A stretch of 63,999 nt of DNA, filler included, from Diploschistes diacapsis (lineage: Eukaryota), in NCBI GenBank assembly GCA_023645945.1. It is 4 parts of 4 records of this genome, joined end to end, with 100 filler letters (N's around TTAATTAATTAA, not from the genome) between each part and the next. Parts side by side here need not be neighbours in the genome. Positions count along the whole stretch, not along the records: positions 50,181 to 63,999 come from JALAIB010000632.1; 3 more parts are not named here. One strand, 5' to 3'. The notes beneath the pieces were generated by a model that worked only from the letters and a program-made list of their open reading frames with translations, was not told the DNA's origin and made no database searches. Shown piece after piece: positions 60,385-63,999 of this stretch (positions are counted from its first letter, which is position 1; each line of letters opens with the position of its first letter). The position numbers and the translations under genes are program-made.

Positions 60385-62070
60385 TGCTGAAGATTCTTCG
60401 AATACTAACCTCAACTGCAAGACAACTATTGGAGTGGATTATCCAAGACTTTCCCCTCCTATGATCTTCATCATTCATCCTGGACAGGCAGCTCATCAGT
60501 ACGACGTTATCTGCAACGACATCACCATCGGGGGATCTCCGTGCGGGACGAACCAAAAACCAGAAACACAGAATCAGCAGCGTTTTTTTACAGGACGAGC
60601 CAACTACTGCATTCTAGGTTTCGCGATGTTCCTCGAGAAGTAAAAACGAGTGTGGTCATGGTAATTATAGAACCAAATCGTGCGTATCTGAGTGCATGTC
60701 TTTCTGCGGAAACAATGAGAGCCAAATGGAACAGGGAAAGATCCAAAGAGCCTAATTTCTTTCCGGTAGCTGGCAAAAGAATCAAATAAACAGCCTTTCT
60801 CGTCTCAGATGTAGCGCTTTCTCGACTTTGCAAGGATTGCATGACCGGCCATGAAACGAAGGACGCAGCAAGAGTGAGATGTGGGAGCTGCAAGTAGAAA
60901 GCACTGATCTTCTTACCTTATTTTTTCCGCGGTCCGCCTCTCATTTGATCTTTCAGTTCGTCCACGAAATGGCCGAGTAGACTTTTGCCACCGGGTTCTA
61001 AAGATCATATGAGCTGCACAGACACGCGAGCTTCGGATGCCAGCCTACTCACCATCGATATTAGTCCCACCAAGCTCTTCAGGGTCTTTTCCATGCCGTG
61101 TTTGCCTTATTCTCTTATGCACGTTCTGAACGGTACGGTGGAAGGTAGGGCTGCGGAGGAGCTTGAGCGAGAAAGAATCAACACAGGCGCTTGTCCCAGA
61201 CGAAGATCGCAGTGCGCACCTGCTCTGTAATCCATCTCTGAAGCAGAGCAACGTCAGTAAGAAAATACCAAGAAAGCTGGTGATCAAGAAGTACCTCTAT
61301 AATATGAGTCCACATGATGACACAAATGGTAGAGCAGAGTGGTGGCGCACTCTGGATGCAAGCGTTGTCAAGGAGCGTCAAGGAGCGCTCTTATCAGCTA
61401 GATTTGAGAGTACAAAGTATATCAGATTGTATACCAACTTCCTGGAGTGTTTATTGGGGACGATGGTGCGCAATTTTTAGAGCAGAAGTCAAGGTTACGA
61501 ACAAGGTAGTTGCGTGTGAGAGGCAACCTTTCTGCTTCAGGGATGTTTTAAAGTCCAACGTGGATACAAGGGGTAGCTTTGGCACGGGGCAAGCCTCATA
61601 TTCTGGAACAACAACACAAACAAAAGGCGTCAGATTCGGCTGGAGCTTTGGATCAGCATTTGTATTTGATGCTGCGCTAGCTTGGATGTTTCTCCATCCA
61701 ACATCGTGTCTGCTGATGTCTATATAGCACTTCGCTCCCTCTTTACAACTTCTAACACGACCTCTGGAGGTCCTTGAACATTCCGCCTAACGAAGGAATT
61801 AATTTCACGACGACCACAACATGCTGATTGACGCCCTACTTAGACAGTAGCGATCTTGAGTCCATCAGGAGACCTCTGCTGCATACAGGATATGAAGCAG
61901 GGTGTGTTTGCGAAGGCGTCATCTGGCCGCAGTTATCTTTGATTCGGTATCCCGATAGTCCTTAATCGACGTCAAGAGAAAAGTCAAGTCAGGTGCATGA
62001 AGGAATCCTTCACATCTAATACCTCTACAATCTACCATACCGGCAGGCAGGGAAGCAACCTTTGGTCACC

Positions 62071-63593
62071 ATGTCTTCTACTTCGCCATCAAGAGCAACG
62101 AAGCGAGCTCGTCCTGACCATTCAGCAAGCGCATCTCCCGCACGAGAAGCCTTTGTTTCTAAAGGCGAAGCCGATCTTCCTGCATTTCTACGTCAGTCCA
62201 AGGCTGGTATGTGGCCCCCGAATTCTTTACTGTACACTCCATCCATGTCGTAGCTGCATGACGCTAAGCGAAGGAGCGAATCACTAACTTGGTCTAGAAA
62301 TCAATGCCAAGTTCGAGGAGCTCAACTTACAACAGTTGCTTCGCCTTGGAGAAGCTCGAGCAGAAACTGATCAGGAGTCTCGATGGGCCGTAGATAACTC
62401 TCCAGGCAACCGCCCGAGGAACCGATATGGGGATATACGCCCTTGGGAGAAGCAGCGGATCAAGCTGCAGGTTCCCGAGGGTGCATCTGACTACATCAAC
62501 GCATCTCCAATCACCATTATTTCAACCAGCAATGGAGGCGAGAGAAAGTACATTGCGACGCAGGTACGATACCTCTTCGTAATCTCGAGACCCTCTGACC
62601 TAATTCCAGGGCCCAAAGCAGACGGGCGTCGACCATTTCTGGCAAATGGTCTGGCAAGAAGTCGAGTCTCCCGGCGTGATCGTAATGTTGACCCAGTTGG
62701 CCGAAGGCTTCCGGGAGAAATGCTACCAGTACTTCCCCGAAGACACGGAAGGCGAAGGCCTGCTTTTAAACTACATCGACGCCGAAGGAACAGCGCACCA
62801 TGGCACCCTCCGCGTCGTCGAAAACACATACGACGAAGAAAGCAAGACGACCGTCCGAAAACTCGCTCTAACTTACGACACCACCACCAAGACCATCCAC
62901 CACCTCCTCTTCCTCGCCTGGCCGGACCATGGCGTGCCCGAGAACTCCGACCGCGCCGCCCTCCTCTCCCTCATCAAACTCTCGCGCGACAAAAACTCAG
63001 GCTGGACCAACCCCCCCGTAATCCACTGCAGCGCCGGCGTCGGCCGCTCGGGGACCTTCATCGCGCTCGAGCACCTGCTGGAGGAGATCGAGGGCGGCCT
63101 GCTCGACAACGCGAGCGCCCTGGCCGCGGACGAGGACCCGATCTTCGACACGGTCAGCGCCCTGCGCGAGCAGCGCATGATGATGGTGCAGAGCGACATG
63201 CAATTCGCCTTCCTCTATGACATCCTGGCCGACGCGTGCCGGGAGCGGCGCCGGCGCCGGAAGTCCGGCGGCAGCCACGACCACGACCAGGCCTCGACGC
63301 TCGAGAAGGTTACCAGCGCGACGGCGAAGCTGACGGCGCTCGGCGAGCCGAGTCCCAAGGCGGTCCGCCTGTCGACGAGGGGATTGAGGCGGATCTATCA
63401 GGATATACGGTCTCGGTCGCTGTCGAGGAGGCGGAGCGAGGAGGGGGGGACGGAGCGCGCGGCGAGAGCGGGGAGCGCGCCGGCGGGAGGGGGAGAGAGC
63501 GAGGGGGAGAAGAACGGGGCGCCGCTGGTGGTGGTGGCGGGTGAGGGGCAGAACGGGACGAAAGAGGGGGGAGACGGAGAGGCTCAATCCTGA
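62071..63593 (+). CDS. Classical protein tyrosine phosphatase (Ptp1-like)
   Basis: Exons 62071-62206, 62298-62563 and 62610-63593. Motifs RNRY, DYINAS, YIATQGP, WPDHGVP, HCSAGVGRSG and Q-loop QRMMMVQ. Confidence 0.93.
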
Positions 63594-63800
63594 TCGAGGG
63601 CTCTGTGCGGGATAGGATGATGTGGGGGCCACGACTGTATTTCTTGTATTATTTAGGGCATCGCATCGAATATTGGGCCGGGCTATGATAGACAGACAGG
63701 CGAAGCAAGCGGAAACATCATGTCAGGGTTTAGCGGGGTTCATTTTTTCGGATCTTTGGAGGCTTTGCTTGTTATTGCTTTAGGGTTCACGACTCGAGAT

Positions 63801-63826
63801 ACACACACACACACACACACACACAC
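63801..63826. repeat. (AC)n microsatellite
   Basis: Directly visible. Confidence 0.9.
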
Positions 63827-63999
63827 GACACAGCGAATGGTTACTGTTAGCTTTAATTACAGACGCGAAACCCTATCTAGAGACAGATAAAAATACATTG
63901 TACATCCAGCGCACGCCGGCCTTCCTCCCTAGACTTCTTCCACCAGTACCCAATCTACCGACCCTCATCCTATTCCCACCAGCCCATCAACCTCAATTC

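Noticed and set aside
61290..61800. Possible DMATS prenyltransferase relic (WWRTL...)
   Set aside because: Similarity is limited to a few residues and is not distinguishable from chance.
1..63999. CRISPR arrays, tRNA/rRNA genes, intact transposases, TGA-CTA read-through signals at the called stops
   Set aside because: None seen by eye. tRNAscan-SE and cmscan would be needed to exclude small RNA genes formally.

Overview
Intron-containing filamentous ascomycete (Pezizomycotina) genomic DNA. The window is not contiguous. It is four contigs (1-16635, 16736-33358, 33459-50080, 50181-63999) joined by identical artificial 100-nt spacers (N44-TTAATTAATTAA-N44). The near-identical, descending lengths suggest size-sorted concatenation, so neighbourhoods across spacers carry no biological meaning. 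Recognisable genes: acuK/ERT1 Zn2Cys6 factor, a DHA1 MFS transporter, a DUF4185-like protein, a Sak1/Ssp1-type CAMKK kinase, a kelch-like type I membrane protein, crz1/crzA, the last exon of LCL2, a CYP52-clan P450, mitochondrial mL57/MRPL15, AP-1 mu, NOB1, AP-3 mu, a DUF4536 protein, an ISWI ATPase, a tyrosine phosphatase and two conserved hypotheticals. Decayed genes: an NRPS-like A-T-R enzyme, a BCS1-like AAA ATPase and a PRISE reductase. The most interesting unannotated signals are (1) a frameshifted prepro-peptide gene (signal peptide, EA/DA spacer, RR site, 6-Cys mature peptide) absent from the ORF track, (2) a 396-nt structured last intron in AP-1 mu with a box C/D snoRNA-like core, (3) two consecutive GC-AG introns in one gene, (4) two tiny TA-flanked Tc1/mariner-type MITEs, and (5) a 9-bp-phased array of Crz1-type sites upstream of crz1 itself. 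All family assignments come from recalled motifs, not database searches.
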